30,794 nucleotides of DNA from a virus (lineage: Duplodnaviria; Caudoviricetes): positions 1-30,794 of IMG/VR virus record IMGVR_UViG_3300044983_000085, one strand, 5' to 3'. The stretch's first letter is position 1. Every line of letters begins with the position of its first letter. The position numbers and the translations under genes are program-made. This document shows, piece by piece, positions 9,177 through 18,063 of the stretch. The notes under the pieces were generated by a model that was given only the letters and a program-made list of their open reading frames with translations, was not told the origin of the DNA and did no database searches.

Positions 9177-9363
9177 CCGGCACCGCAACCCGGTTGTCAC
9201 CTTCCGGCCGCCGCCCGAAGAAAAACAGTGGCTAACCGACTACGCCGAACGCATCGGCCGCGACGTCTCCGCCATCGTCACCGACCTCGTCACCGACCTC
9301 CGCCGCCGCGTCATGAGGCGTTCCGGGCACGGGCAGCGGCCTCAGCATCGAGATAGGACTTGA
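9166..9363 (+). CDS. Ribbon-helix-helix DNA-binding protein
   Basis: VVTFRPP beta strand followed by EEKQWLTDYAERIGRDVSAIVTDLV helix-helix pattern. Confidence 0.75.
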   Translation: MPADRHRNPVVTFRPPPEEKQWLTDYAERIGRDVSAIVTDLVTDLRRRVMRRSGHGQRPQHRDRT

Positions 9364-9858
9364 AGATGAGGAAGTCCCGCCATTCGAGCTGGCCGAATTC
9401 CCAGGGCCGGATTCCGAACCGCTCGGCGAAGACAGGCTTGAGATGGTCGTAACCGGCAGGCTTCCGTTCTCCGGCGCCACGGCGGCGGCCGCGGCGAGGG
9501 TAGGGTCCTCCGCCTCCCCCGCAGCATCCGCCATCCGCTTCTTCAGATCAGCCTCAACCTCCGCCGCCGTGAACTCGCTGTCATCCTCATGCAACGGCAC
9601 CACATCCAGCGCGGCCGCGTTGAACTGCAGCGTCGCGAAATCCGACGGCACCCCGGCGCGCTTCCGCAAAACATGCAGAAGTGCGGCGATCGCCGTGATG
9701 GAGTAGTCGCCGAGCTGCCGCCGCCACTCCCCATACGACACGCCTGTGCACTTCTCGATCTCCGCGACCTCGGTGTACATCAGCCTCGTGGCGTCGAAGA
9801 TGTGCCGCTCCTCGTCGCCGACTTTCACCAGGACTCTGGAATAAAGGTTGAAGATCAA
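9232..9858 (-). CDS. Tail assembly chaperone (0-frame product)
   Basis: Between tail tube and tape measure; GGAGG RBS before TTG; EVAEIEKCTG motif; Ser-rich tail after EDPT. Confidence 0.8.
   Translation of the reverse strand: MIFNLYSRVLVKVGDEERHIFDATRLMYTEVAEIEKCTGVSYGEWRRQLGDYSITAIAALLHVLRKRAGVPSDFATLQFNAAALDVVPLHEDDSEFTAAEVEADLKKRMADAAGEAEDPTLAAAAAVAPENGSLPVTTISSLSSPSGSESGPGNSASSNGGTSSSSSPISMLRPLPVPGTPHDAAAEVGDEVGDDGGDVAADAFGVVG
9311..9507 (-). CDS. Tail assembly chaperone -1 frameshift extension (no start codon, absent from the ORF track)
   Basis: The -1 frame reads PYPRRGRRRGAGERKPAGYDHLKPVFAERFGIRPWEFGQLEWRDFLIFKSYLDAEAAARARNAS*, resembling gpGT-type C-termini. Confidence 0.7.
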
Positions 9859-9914
9859 ATCGCCTCCAAGGCGTTAGTCCTGGCCGCACGCCGCCGAGCT
9901 TTCAATCTAACCAC

Positions 9915-11006
9915 CTAAATGGTTTGCTCTTTGCTTATAATCCGAACTTGGATTACAGGGTTAGTCGTCCCGTCGTCATAAGCCTGGAAGCCTATCGACT
10001 GCGGGATTACATCCGGGCCGCCGATATTTACTGCGGCACTCTTAAAGCGGACGGCCGGCAGGATGAAGCTCAGCCGGTAGGGGTTCGGGCCTGCGGCAAC
10101 GCCGTTCGCGTCATTCCCGGCACTGTCGAACTTCGTGAAGTCCAGTTGCAGCGGCTGCGTCGTATTGGCCTTAAAAACGTCGTACAGCTCCGTGCGGGAG
10201 AAGAACTCCGTCGACAACGTGCCCGTGATCGTCGGGATGGCGTTCTCGATCGGCTCGCCCTTCAGGCCCAGGTTGCCGAGCCCATACCGGTCGACCTTCA
10301 TGGGGGTCGTGCCGGTGATAACAACCCCGTTGACCAGCGACCCCAGCGACGACCCGCCGGCGACAGTGGTTACCCCGGCCGAAGTGGTCGCGGTCCCGCC
10401 GAGCGTCATCACTGAGGCGTTCGCGAACGAGAACAGGCCGTTCGGCGTCGGATAGGACGCGGCGGCCAGGCCCGTGGAGGTGAGCTCATTACGCCCGTCG
10501 AACGTGAGCTTCAACTGCGCGATCTGGTTGTCGTTACAGGAGAACTCGAAGTCCGTAATTTTGACGCCCGTGTACGTGAAAGGCTGTACCGTCACGCCGC
10601 TGATCTGCGGCCGGCCGACCTGGACGGTGATGAACTGGCCCGCCTTGGACCCGTTGACGTGGGTCTGGGAGAACGCGGTGCCAAGAACCACCACCGGCGT
10701 CGTGAACGCCGATCCGAGCGCGTACTTCCACCAGAACCCCATCGAGTCGGCGACCGCAGTAGCGGCTTCACCTGACGTGTGTTCCATCGTCAGGTCGCCG
10801 TTCACGTCGGACTGCGATACGACAGTGCGGGTAGCCCGGTTGTAGGCCTGCCCTGATTTGAGGCCCATGCCGTCCAGGAACGCCGGGTTGTATGCGAAGT
10901 TTTCCGATAGGAATTCGTAGAACCGGGTGACGGTAACCGGGGTGCCGTAGGTGACTTCGGCGACGGTGCCGACTTGTCCGCTGAGTCCGGATGCGTAGGT
11001 GGGCAT
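9915..11006 (-). CDS. Major tail (tube) protein
   Basis: 363 aa; EVTYGTPVT N-terminus, FTYTGVKITDFEFS, ITGTLSTEF, ILPAVRF motifs. Confidence 0.9.
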   Translation of the reverse strand: MPTYASGLSGQVGTVAEVTYGTPVTVTRFYEFLSENFAYNPAFLDGMGLKSGQAYNRATRTVVSQSDVNGDLTMEHTSGEAATAVADSMGFWWKYALGSAFTTPVVVLGTAFSQTHVNGSKAGQFITVQVGRPQISGVTVQPFTYTGVKITDFEFSCNDNQIAQLKLTFDGRNELTSTGLAAASYPTPNGLFSFANASVMTLGGTATTSAGVTTVAGGSSLGSLVNGVVITGTTPMKVDRYGLGNLGLKGEPIENAIPTITGTLSTEFFSRTELYDVFKANTTQPLQLDFTKFDSAGNDANGVAAGPNPYRLSFILPAVRFKSAAVNIGGPDVIPQSIGFQAYDDGTTNPVIQVRIISKEQTI

Positions 11007-11269
11007 CAGATAGCCGCCTTACTCTTCGATGCCTTCTCCGGCGCCACTGTGGGTTCGGCGACGGGTTCCCATTTGTCCGGCGGCCAGATGATGGCCAGGT
11101 AGTCCGGGTCGCCTGGCTTGGATGGCCGTTTCGACCCGTCCGGCTCCGTGAACACCGGATCGTGACCGGCCTGGAAGTCGGGGACGTCGACGACTTCGTC
11201 CGCCTCGATCTGCCGGTCGAGGAGCGGCACGTCCAGCGGGCCGCCGGAGATGTTCTTCACCTTGCTCAA
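11006..11269 (-). CDS. Small hypothetical virion protein
   Basis: VKNISGGPLDVP N-terminus; GGAGG RBS; overlaps the tail tube start. Confidence 0.7.
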   Translation of the reverse strand: MSKVKNISGGPLDVPLLDRQIEADEVVDVPDFQAGHDPVFTEPDGSKRPSKPGDPDYLAIIWPPDKWEPVAEPTVAPEKASKSKAAI

Positions 11270-11270
11270 T

Positions 11271-11765
11271 TCAGCCTCCGATACGGGATCTGAAAGTTAG
11301 GTCGAATGCGGCTGCTGCCTGTGACCCGGACGCGTTGGACTGCGTCAATGCGATGGACGTGATGCCGGGGTCGGGGAACAGGACGTTCCCGCCGAACCCG
11401 CTCGTGTCGGCCTGCATCAGGGTTTCGACGGCGGCGACAATCCCGGTGGCGGCGATGCGGACGGTTTTCATGTCGTCGGTGCCGGACCAGGCGAGGGCGC
11501 AGCAGTGGATGGTGACGGTTTCGTTGCGGCCGCGGCGGCCGAGGGCAGCCCATTCCTGGGTGGTTTCGCCGGCGGGTTCGGAGCCGGTGTTCTCGGGGTC
11601 GGTGAGGCCGATGTACAGCTGGAGCGGGGCTGGGTCCTGGGTGGTTGTGGGCCCGTCGAAGACGGTGACTTTGGGGGTCGCGGCGCCGAGTGTCGGGTCG
11701 TTGGTGAACAGGTTGACGATGTAGTCAATGAGCGCGGGCAGCCGCGAGGTCACCGTAGGCACCAT
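11271..11765 (-). CDS. Tail terminator / head-tail joining protein
   Basis: ATG at 11765 with GAGGAGG RBS; VTVFDGP and RNETVTIHC motifs; upstream of the tail tube. Confidence 0.75.
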   Translation of the reverse strand: MVPTVTSRLPALIDYIVNLFTNDPTLGAATPKVTVFDGPTTTQDPAPLQLYIGLTDPENTGSEPAGETTQEWAALGRRGRNETVTIHCCALAWSGTDDMKTVRIAATGIVAAVETLMQADTSGFGGNVLFPDPGITSIALTQSNASGSQAAAAFDLTFRSRIGG

Positions 11766-12292
11766 GCCTCCTCGATGACCAGCTGCGGCCAGTCGTGGGG
11801 GTTGAGGGGGTGGCCCCAGGACCACCAGGTGCCGTCGGGGGTGACGGCGATGGCGTGCGGTTCCGGCAGCGTCACGCCTAGAATCAGTCCAGCCCCGGTC
11901 CGGGGAGGTCCGAGCAACCGCTGCGCGTATGCGTGGGGTCGGGTCTGAAGCCGGCACCGGGCCGGGGCCGCCGCGAGCGTGTCGAGGATGGTCGCACCGC
12001 TATCGGGGTCGCTGGCCGTCCGCCAGTACAAGGCGAGCACCTCATCCCAGCCCCACCCCAGCAGCACACCCAGCGCCTCCGCCGCGCAGCACGCCACATC
12101 CCAGCCAGGCGAAAATTTGCGGGGCTTCTTATGCGCGTGGGTCTTCTGCGGCTTCGGCGCCGGCTTCGGCTTCTTAGGCTGCTTATGATGCGGCGGCTTC
12201 GCCTTATGATGCGGCGGCGGCGGGGACGGCTTACCCGGCTTGTGGTGATGGACGCCCCACCCACCCGGCCCGGTCTTGTGGGGTGCCTTCAC
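11750..12292 (-). CDS. Lys/His/Pro-rich N-terminus fused to a compact papain-like (Cys-His) domain
   Basis: ACCAAEAL, VLALY, DSGATI, GLILGVTLP, HAIAV, WSWG and IEEAW motifs; overlaps both neighbours. Confidence 0.6.
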   Translation of the reverse strand: MKAPHKTGPGGWGVHHHKPGKPSPPPPHHKAKPPHHKQPKKPKPAPKPQKTHAHKKPRKFSPGWDVACCAAEALGVLLGWGWDEVLALYWRTASDPDSGATILDTLAAAPARCRLQTRPHAYAQRLLGPPRTGAGLILGVTLPEPHAIAVTPDGTWWSWGHPLNPHDWPQLVIEEAWCLR

Positions 12293-13182
12293 TAGACGAA
12301 AGCTTCGGACATGAACGGCACCCCGTTCAAAGCGCCGTCCAATAGCTCGGCGGCCTGGTTGGGGATCGCGAACCCGAAGCCCGGCGGCGTCACCATGTCA
12401 GATGAGGCGCCCATCGACGGCCGCGCCGACGGGCCATGCTGCGTCTCCCACAAGTTCTGCAAGATGATCCTGGCCGCCGTATTAAACGCGGCCGGGACAG
12501 TGATCCCCCACCCCGCCACATACGTGACCGTCACCTGGGGTAGCCACTGGAAGAACGGCCCGTAAAACGGCAGGCCCAGCTTCCGGCGGATCGTCCCCGC
12601 ATTCGCATCCAGGTCCAGGCCGCCGCTGATGTCGATAGCGCCGCCCGACGCGGACGTGACCGACGTCACCGACACCAAGGGCCGTTGCCGGACGCAGATC
12701 ACGGTCTGCAAGGACATCATCTCGGCGCGCTCGCTGACCGTCGTGTTGAGGAGCGGGCCGCCCGTCATCCGCTCGAGGCAGCCCTCGATGGTGGCGACGT
12801 ACCCGGCGAGCTCCGTGTCGACCGACGTGTTCGACTGGGGGATGTTGCAGGCGTCTTTGGCGTCCTGCAACGGCAGCAGCGCGGCCTCGAACGGGTCGAA
12901 CACGTCGAAGTCGCCGAACGAGACACCGGCGCCGGTGCCGGTCGCCGTCCACGTGTACTGGTAATGCCCGAGGGTTTGCAGGTCGGCGGCGGGAATGTCC
13001 TGATGGTAGAGGCCAGTTCCGTCGTTCGCGGGTGACGCGTAGGTGCCGGTGGTGGTGGAGGTGCCGTCGGCGGCGCGGACCTTCACCAGCAGGGTCAGGG
13101 TGGTCGCGTTGACAAGTGTCCCGGTGACATCGCGGACAGTGGTCGAGATGCGAACTGGCTGATTCAGCGGATAACGCGCCAC
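12292..13182 (-). CDS. Head-to-tail adaptor with N-terminal Ig-like domain
   Basis: LPLQDAKDACNI...DTELAGYVATIEGCLERMTG, LVSVTSV and VTVTYVAGWG motifs. Confidence 0.8.
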   Translation of the reverse strand: MARYPLNQPVRISTTVRDVTGTLVNATTLTLLVKVRAADGTSTTTGTYASPANDGTGLYHQDIPAADLQTLGHYQYTWTATGTGAGVSFGDFDVFDPFEAALLPLQDAKDACNIPQSNTSVDTELAGYVATIEGCLERMTGGPLLNTTVSERAEMMSLQTVICVRQRPLVSVTSVTSASGGAIDISGGLDLDANAGTIRRKLGLPFYGPFFQWLPQVTVTYVAGWGITVPAAFNTAARIILQNLWETQHGPSARPSMGASSDMVTPPGFGFAIPNQAAELLDGALNGVPFMSEAFV

Positions 13183-13185
13183 AGG

Positions 13186-14994
13186 TCACCCCGGCTCGAA
13201 TATTTGCCATGCGACGATGGACGTGTCGGTGTTCTGCGATGCGAGGATCGTGAACGACGTCCCGGCGGTCCTGGCCGACACGCACAGCGCCGACGGCGTG
13301 GTCACCGTGCCGAGGGTCTGGGCGGTCAGCACGATCCGGGAGTTCGCCGTGACCGACGTGTTGGCTACGGTGACCGTGCCTGCGGACAGGAGGGCGGTGC
13401 CCTGCTTGGCGTTCGCGCCTTCCGCGGCCCGGAACCCGGATCCGGCGAGGGTGATGTCGACGCGGCCGGAGACGGCGAGGGGGCTGGCGAACGTGACGTT
13501 CTGACCGGTCGGCGCGGCCAGGGCGCCGTTATGCAGCCACAGCGTGTTCGCGGCCGGGTTCGTGATCACAGTGGTCGAGTTGCCGTTCACCCCGGCGCCC
13601 TGCGGCGACTGGTTCCCGATCAGGACCACGTCATTGCAGCCGTGGAAGTTGAAGAACGCGTTGGTGGCGGTCGACGGCGATGACGCCTTGTTCACCCACC
13701 CCTGGATGTACACCTGGGACGTGGTGGATTCGCATTCGACATCCCAGGTGGTGGATCCGTTGGGGCCGGACTGGGCGCGGCCGCAGCCGGTGATCCGGAC
13801 GCCCTGCGTGTTCGCCCCGCCCGGGAACGCCCCGAAGTAGAACGTCGAGTTCCCGACCGGGACCGGCAGGACCACTGACCCGCCGGTCGCCACCGTGCCG
13901 GACGGCGAGCCGGACACGTAGGTGCAGCCGGTGAACGTGTTCCCCGAGATCCCCGTGTAGTTAACCAGCGCCGTCGTGCTGCCGGACGCGGCAACCTGCA
14001 GCTGCCCAGGTGCCGGGTTGAAGAACTGCGTTGACGCGACGGCGAGGACACCTGCCGACGGGGACGCCCACGACGCGATGCCGCTGATCGTCCCGCCGTT
14101 CGACGCTGCGGCGACGGTGGTGGTGGGGCCGGAGAAAATATCCCACACCATGCACGCGTCAATCGTGATGTTCTGCCCCGCCTGGCAGTGCACCGCCCCG
14201 CCGAACGGCTGCTCAAACCAGCACTCACGGAAATTATCCATGTAGTGATACGCGATCCCCGAGCTAGCGGAGCAGTCGAAATGCACCATGAACTGCGTGT
14301 TGTCGCAGCCCTTGTTACTGAACTTGCATTTGAAGAACGTGCAGTTCGAAATGGCCGCCGCGATCGACGTCGAAATGGAGATCATCGGCTTGGTGCGGAC
14401 CGGGTTCGTGGTCGTGAAGTTGCACCGCTCGTGCAGGACGTTCAGGAACGAGATGGACCCGGTGGTCACCATCGCCTGGCTGCCGGACGCAGTGAGGGTG
14501 ATGTCCATGTCCCGCCACACCGCGTCGCCGAAATTCATCCCGGAGAACACGTTCCCGGTCCCGGTGAACAAGATGCTCACGCCGGACATCTCGAGGCCGC
14601 CCCACCCGTAGCCCTGGAACGGGAAATCGAACAGGTTCCCCGCCGTGCTGCTGGTGAGCCGCACCGCGGGCACGAGCGCCCCCCCGTTATTCAGGGCCGC
14701 GCCGAGTCCCCGCATCCGGAACGGCCCCGTAATATGCAGCCCGCCGGTGTTCAGGTTGTACGTGCCGGGCGGCAGGATCATCTCGCCGTTCCCGGCGATC
14801 GCCGCCGCCATGCACGCCGCGAATGCAGCCGTGGAATCAGCGACCCCGGTCGGGTCGGCGCCACCGGCGAAGACCGTGCCGAGAACGTTGTAGACGGCGC
14901 CCATCCCGGTGAGGACGTCGGCGGTGTTGTTCTGGTCGGCGTAGAACCCCGTGTGCCCGGTCGTCACCGTGTTCGACGGGATGGTGTACGGCAT
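13186..14994 (-). CDS. Right-handed beta-helix (pectate-lyase-like) spike/decoration protein
   Basis: GADPTGVADSTAAF...ILPPGTY cap motif, repeated NCTF/ECWF rungs, C-terminal GTVTVANTSVTANSRI domain. Confidence 0.85.
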   Translation of the reverse strand: MPYTIPSNTVTTGHTGFYADQNNTADVLTGMGAVYNVLGTVFAGGADPTGVADSTAAFAACMAAAIAGNGEMILPPGTYNLNTGGLHITGPFRMRGLGAALNNGGALVPAVRLTSSTAGNLFDFPFQGYGWGGLEMSGVSILFTGTGNVFSGMNFGDAVWRDMDITLTASGSQAMVTTGSISFLNVLHERCNFTTTNPVRTKPMISISTSIAAAISNCTFFKCKFSNKGCDNTQFMVHFDCSASSGIAYHYMDNFRECWFEQPFGGAVHCQAGQNITIDACMVWDIFSGPTTTVAAASNGGTISGIASWASPSAGVLAVASTQFFNPAPGQLQVAASGSTTALVNYTGISGNTFTGCTYVSGSPSGTVATGGSVVLPVPVGNSTFYFGAFPGGANTQGVRITGCGRAQSGPNGSTTWDVECESTTSQVYIQGWVNKASSPSTATNAFFNFHGCNDVVLIGNQSPQGAGVNGNSTTVITNPAANTLWLHNGALAAPTGQNVTFASPLAVSGRVDITLAGSGFRAAEGANAKQGTALLSAGTVTVANTSVTANSRIVLTAQTLGTVTTPSALCVSARTAGTSFTILASQNTDTSIVAWQIFEPG

Positions 14995-16629
14995 CTACCT
15001 GGGTCCTCCCGTCGTCGCAGTGGATGCCTGCAGCACGCTGCTGGCGGCCAGCGTGGAACTGAGGACGCCGGCCGCAACGGAACCGGCCCCGTAGATGTCG
15101 CTCACATACGTGTCAGTGACGTAGGCGTCCGATTCGGCGCTGGCCCCCGTCGACGCGGTGAGCGCTGAAGCCGCCTGCGCGGCCGTGAGCACTGCCATGG
15201 ACGTGTCTGCAGCTGTCAGCGCGCCGATGGTGAACGGCGGCGGCGGAACGAACGGCGCGGGCTGCCCGGCGATGCCATCCCAGATAGCCCTGTGCGCGAT
15301 CCGCCGCCAGATCGTGACGGGCGTGAACGGCTGCCGTTTCCCGGCCGGCGGCGCTCCCTGGCCGGAGTCCCAGAACGCCCGGTGCGGCGTCCGCCGCCAG
15401 ATCGTGGCCGGCCGGAATGGCTGCGGGCTGCCCGTGCCGGGCGTGACCGTGACCGGGGGCCCGGTGATGCCGCGCCACAGTACCCGGTGCTGCGGCCGGG
15501 CAAAGACCATGACCGGCCTGGATGGCTGCGGCTGGGCTGCGGGCGGCGACCCGCGGCCCGCACGCCACAGCGCGGCGTGCGGCGTGCGCCGGTAAACAGT
15601 GACAGGCCTGAAAGGCTGCGGCGTGGCCGCGGGAACGACCCCCGCACCGCTACGCCACTGGGCGCGGTGCGGCGCCGGATGCGTGATCGAGGGCGGCTGG
15701 TGCGGCGCCGGGACCGGTGGCGGCCCGATGCCTGTGGCTAGGATCCCCGCCGCGCACAGGCCACGGCCGCCGATACGGGCCCGCGACGCCAGGCGCCGGG
15801 AGACCGCCTGCGGCCGGGACGCCTGTGGTGCAGCCGCAACGACCGCCGGAGCAAGCGGCGGCGAGGGCAGCGGGCTCCAGAACGGCGCGTTGGGGCCGAA
15901 CACGCCGGACAGCGGCGGGAACATCACTGGCGGCAGCGCGACCGGAGTCATTCCGGCCGGTACAACCGGACCCGGGTATCCGGTGCTCGACAAGGCCAGG
16001 TCATCAATCCAGATCGGACCGAAGTTCGAAGTGGATGTCCCGCCGTTTCCGAACGTGTAGTCCGTCGGCGGCCCGGTGGTGGCCTGAGTCGCCGCCGATG
16101 TCTGCGTCTCGTCAGGCGTGACAGCGTCAGGGGTGAGGAACAGCTTGAACTCAAGCTGGCCGGTGCTGGCGTTGCCGGTCAGGAAACCCTCGAGCCGGAA
16201 CCACGCGTTCAGCGGAATCGAGTTCGTGCTGGTCAGGACCGTCGTCCCGGCCGAGTTCGCGAACAGCAGCTTCCCGGTGGTGCTGACCAGCACCGACCCG
16301 CAGGATGTGCCGCTTGCGGTGGCGTTCCATATCCGGATGTTCGACGCCGGGTTGGCGGTGTAGTAGGCGTAAACCCGGAACCAGATGGTGGTCTGCGTCC
16401 CCATGGACGTGTTCCACCGCACGAACGTCCCTGCGGCGGTCGCCCCGGTGGCGAGCTGTATGCTCAGGGCGCCGTGCGCGGACCGGGCGCTATCGGAGGC
16501 GCAGGTCTGCCCGGAACTGGTGACCGTTACCACGTCGAAGGCGTTGCCCGACGCGCCGCCCGAGTTCGCGGTGGTGACGGTGGTGCCGGACGGGGTGATG
16601 CCCTCGGCGCTGTTGGTGAGCAGCGTCAC
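14995..16629 (-). CDS. LamG/concanavalin-like domain protein with Pro/Arg/Trp tandem repeats
   Basis: IWFRVYAY, PLNAWFRLE and IWIDDLALS beta-sandwich motifs, then about six 25-30 aa repeats. Confidence 0.8.
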   Translation of the reverse strand: MTLLTNSAEGITPSGTTVTTANSGGASGNAFDVVTVTSSGQTCASDSARSAHGALSIQLATGATAAGTFVRWNTSMGTQTTIWFRVYAYYTANPASNIRIWNATASGTSCGSVLVSTTGKLLFANSAGTTVLTSTNSIPLNAWFRLEGFLTGNASTGQLEFKLFLTPDAVTPDETQTSAATQATTGPPTDYTFGNGGTSTSNFGPIWIDDLALSSTGYPGPVVPAGMTPVALPPVMFPPLSGVFGPNAPFWSPLPSPPLAPAVVAAAPQASRPQAVSRRLASRARIGGRGLCAAGILATGIGPPPVPAPHQPPSITHPAPHRAQWRSGAGVVPAATPQPFRPVTVYRRTPHAALWRAGRGSPPAAQPQPSRPVMVFARPQHRVLWRGITGPPVTVTPGTGSPQPFRPATIWRRTPHRAFWDSGQGAPPAGKRQPFTPVTIWRRIAHRAIWDGIAGQPAPFVPPPPFTIGALTAADTSMAVLTAAQAASALTASTGASAESDAYVTDTYVSDIYGAGSVAAGVLSSTLAASSVLQASTATTGGPR

Positions 16630-16655
16630 GTGTTCACCGCCTTCCGGTCAGGCGG

Positions 16656-17228
16656 TCAGCCGCTCAGTTCAGCCCACAGGTCAGTGACGGTCAGCGACGG
16701 GGTACCGGTGGTGGCTGACATCGTGATGCCGATATCCAGTTCGATGTTCTGGGCGACGACCAGAGTCGACATGGTCCGCGCTGCGGCCGTGCCCGGGAAC
16801 GGGAACTCCACCAGAGCCGCAGTCAGGCCGCCGCCGGCCGCGACGTGCCCCGACTTGTAGGTGCCCTGCCCGTGAATCGTTCCGGTCGAGGTCCCCAGCG
16901 ACCGGAATGTTCCGTCCCAGGTGAAGATCCCTGGCCACGCCGCAGCGCCAGTGGCGAAGCTGACCGATGATATGGCGGCGATCTGAAGTTTGGTAGCAAT
17001 AGCCGTGTTGACCGCGCCGCCGCGCAATTCAATGGTCGCCGTGCTGCCCGTCGTCGTGCATGACGCTTCCAGCGTGGCCCGGACGGACAGCCGTGCGCCT
17101 TCAACCAGCAGCGATGCCGGAATCTGCGGCAGTTTGACGAGCCCGGATCCGGTCAAAGCCGCAGCGGTAACAGCAACCCCGGCGCCGGTGGGGAACGGGA
17201 GGAGCGGGAACCGCCAGACCTGCGCCAT
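16656..17228 (-). CDS. Hypothetical virion protein (beta-rich)
   Basis: 190 aa, Thr/Ala/Gly-rich, tightly packed in the operon. Confidence 0.75.
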   Translation of the reverse strand: MAQVWRFPLLPFPTGAGVAVTAAALTGSGLVKLPQIPASLLVEGARLSVRATLEASCTTTGSTATIELRGGAVNTAIATKLQIAAISSVSFATGAAAWPGIFTWDGTFRSLGTSTGTIHGQGTYKSGHVAAGGGLTAALVEFPFPGTAAARTMSTLVVAQNIELDIGITMSATTGTPSLTVTDLWAELSG

Positions 17229-17229
17229 A

Positions 17230-17520
17230 TCAGCTGCCCGCCGATCCCCATACCGTCAGGTAGCCCGAATCGCTGCTCATGCCTGACGGCATCGTGACCA
17301 CGGTGCCGGCGATCGCAGCCGCGACTTGCGCGCCGCCGAGGATCCCGATGACGACCGCCCGGTTGACTACAGCGAGGACATTGAGAAGCGACGGGCCGAC
17401 GTCGAGAGTGTCGCCGGTGCTGACCTGGCGCAGGGCGATCAGGCCGACCTTGTCGGCACGGCCCTCCTGATAGACAGTGACAGCGTTGAGCGCCGTCAGG
17501 ACAGCCATGGCTTCATTCAT
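17230..17520 (-). CDS. Hypothetical virion protein
   Basis: 96 aa, GGAG RBS, abuts the downstream gene. Confidence 0.7.
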   Translation of the reverse strand: MNEAMAVLTALNAVTVYQEGRADKVGLIALRQVSTGDTLDVGPSLLNVLAVVNRAVVIGILGGAQVAAAIAGTVVTMPSGMSSDSGYLTVWGSAGS

Positions 17521-17577
17521 CTCCAGCGGTTACGTCGGTTCCGTGCCTGCTCTACCCGTGTAGCCCTCTTCTGGGCT

Positions 17578-18060
17578 CTACTCGCTCCACACAAAATCGT
17601 AGGAGATCGGCGTCGACGTCGCGATCGTCGGGTTCGCGAACAGGTGCACGCCGGCGTTCGCGTTCGCGTTCGCCACCGCCGGGACACCCCACTCATCGCC
17701 GCCCGGCGGGAACTCCTCCCACATCGACCCGGAGGTCTGCGGCAGCACCCACTCAGCAAGCGTCGTACCGATGATCGGCGGCGTCGACCAGGTGACGCAG
17801 GTCTGCCCCACAGACGCCGGGGCGGAGAAGTCGTTCGCCACCCCCGATGTAAGGGTGGTGCCTGTGTTCGTCGCCGACGGCCGCGCCAGCGTAAACATCA
17901 CATCGTTCCCCGCGACCGCGCCGGTGTTCAGGATCTTCACCCGCACCCCGACCAGCCACAGCCGTTTCGCCGCCGTCCCGTACAGCGAGAACACCGCCGT
18001 CGAACCGGTCGCAGACAGGGTGATCGTTCCCCGCTGAGAATAAATGTCGCTGAGCGCCAT
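17578..18060 (-). CDS. Hypothetical virion protein (beta-sandwich-like)
   Basis: 160 aa ending FVWSE; AAAGGA RBS. Confidence 0.75.
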   Translation of the reverse strand: MALSDIYSQRGTITLSATGSTAVFSLYGTAAKRLWLVGVRVKILNTGAVAGNDVMFTLARPSATNTGTTLTSGVANDFSAPASVGQTCVTWSTPPIIGTTLAEWVLPQTSGSMWEEFPPGGDEWGVPAVANANANAGVHLFANPTIATSTPISYDFVWSE

Positions 18061-18063
18061 CGG

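Noticed and set aside
11766-11957. N-terminal extension of the tail terminator ORF
   Set aside because: It overlaps the 180-aa gene in another frame; a strong RBS supports ATG 11765.
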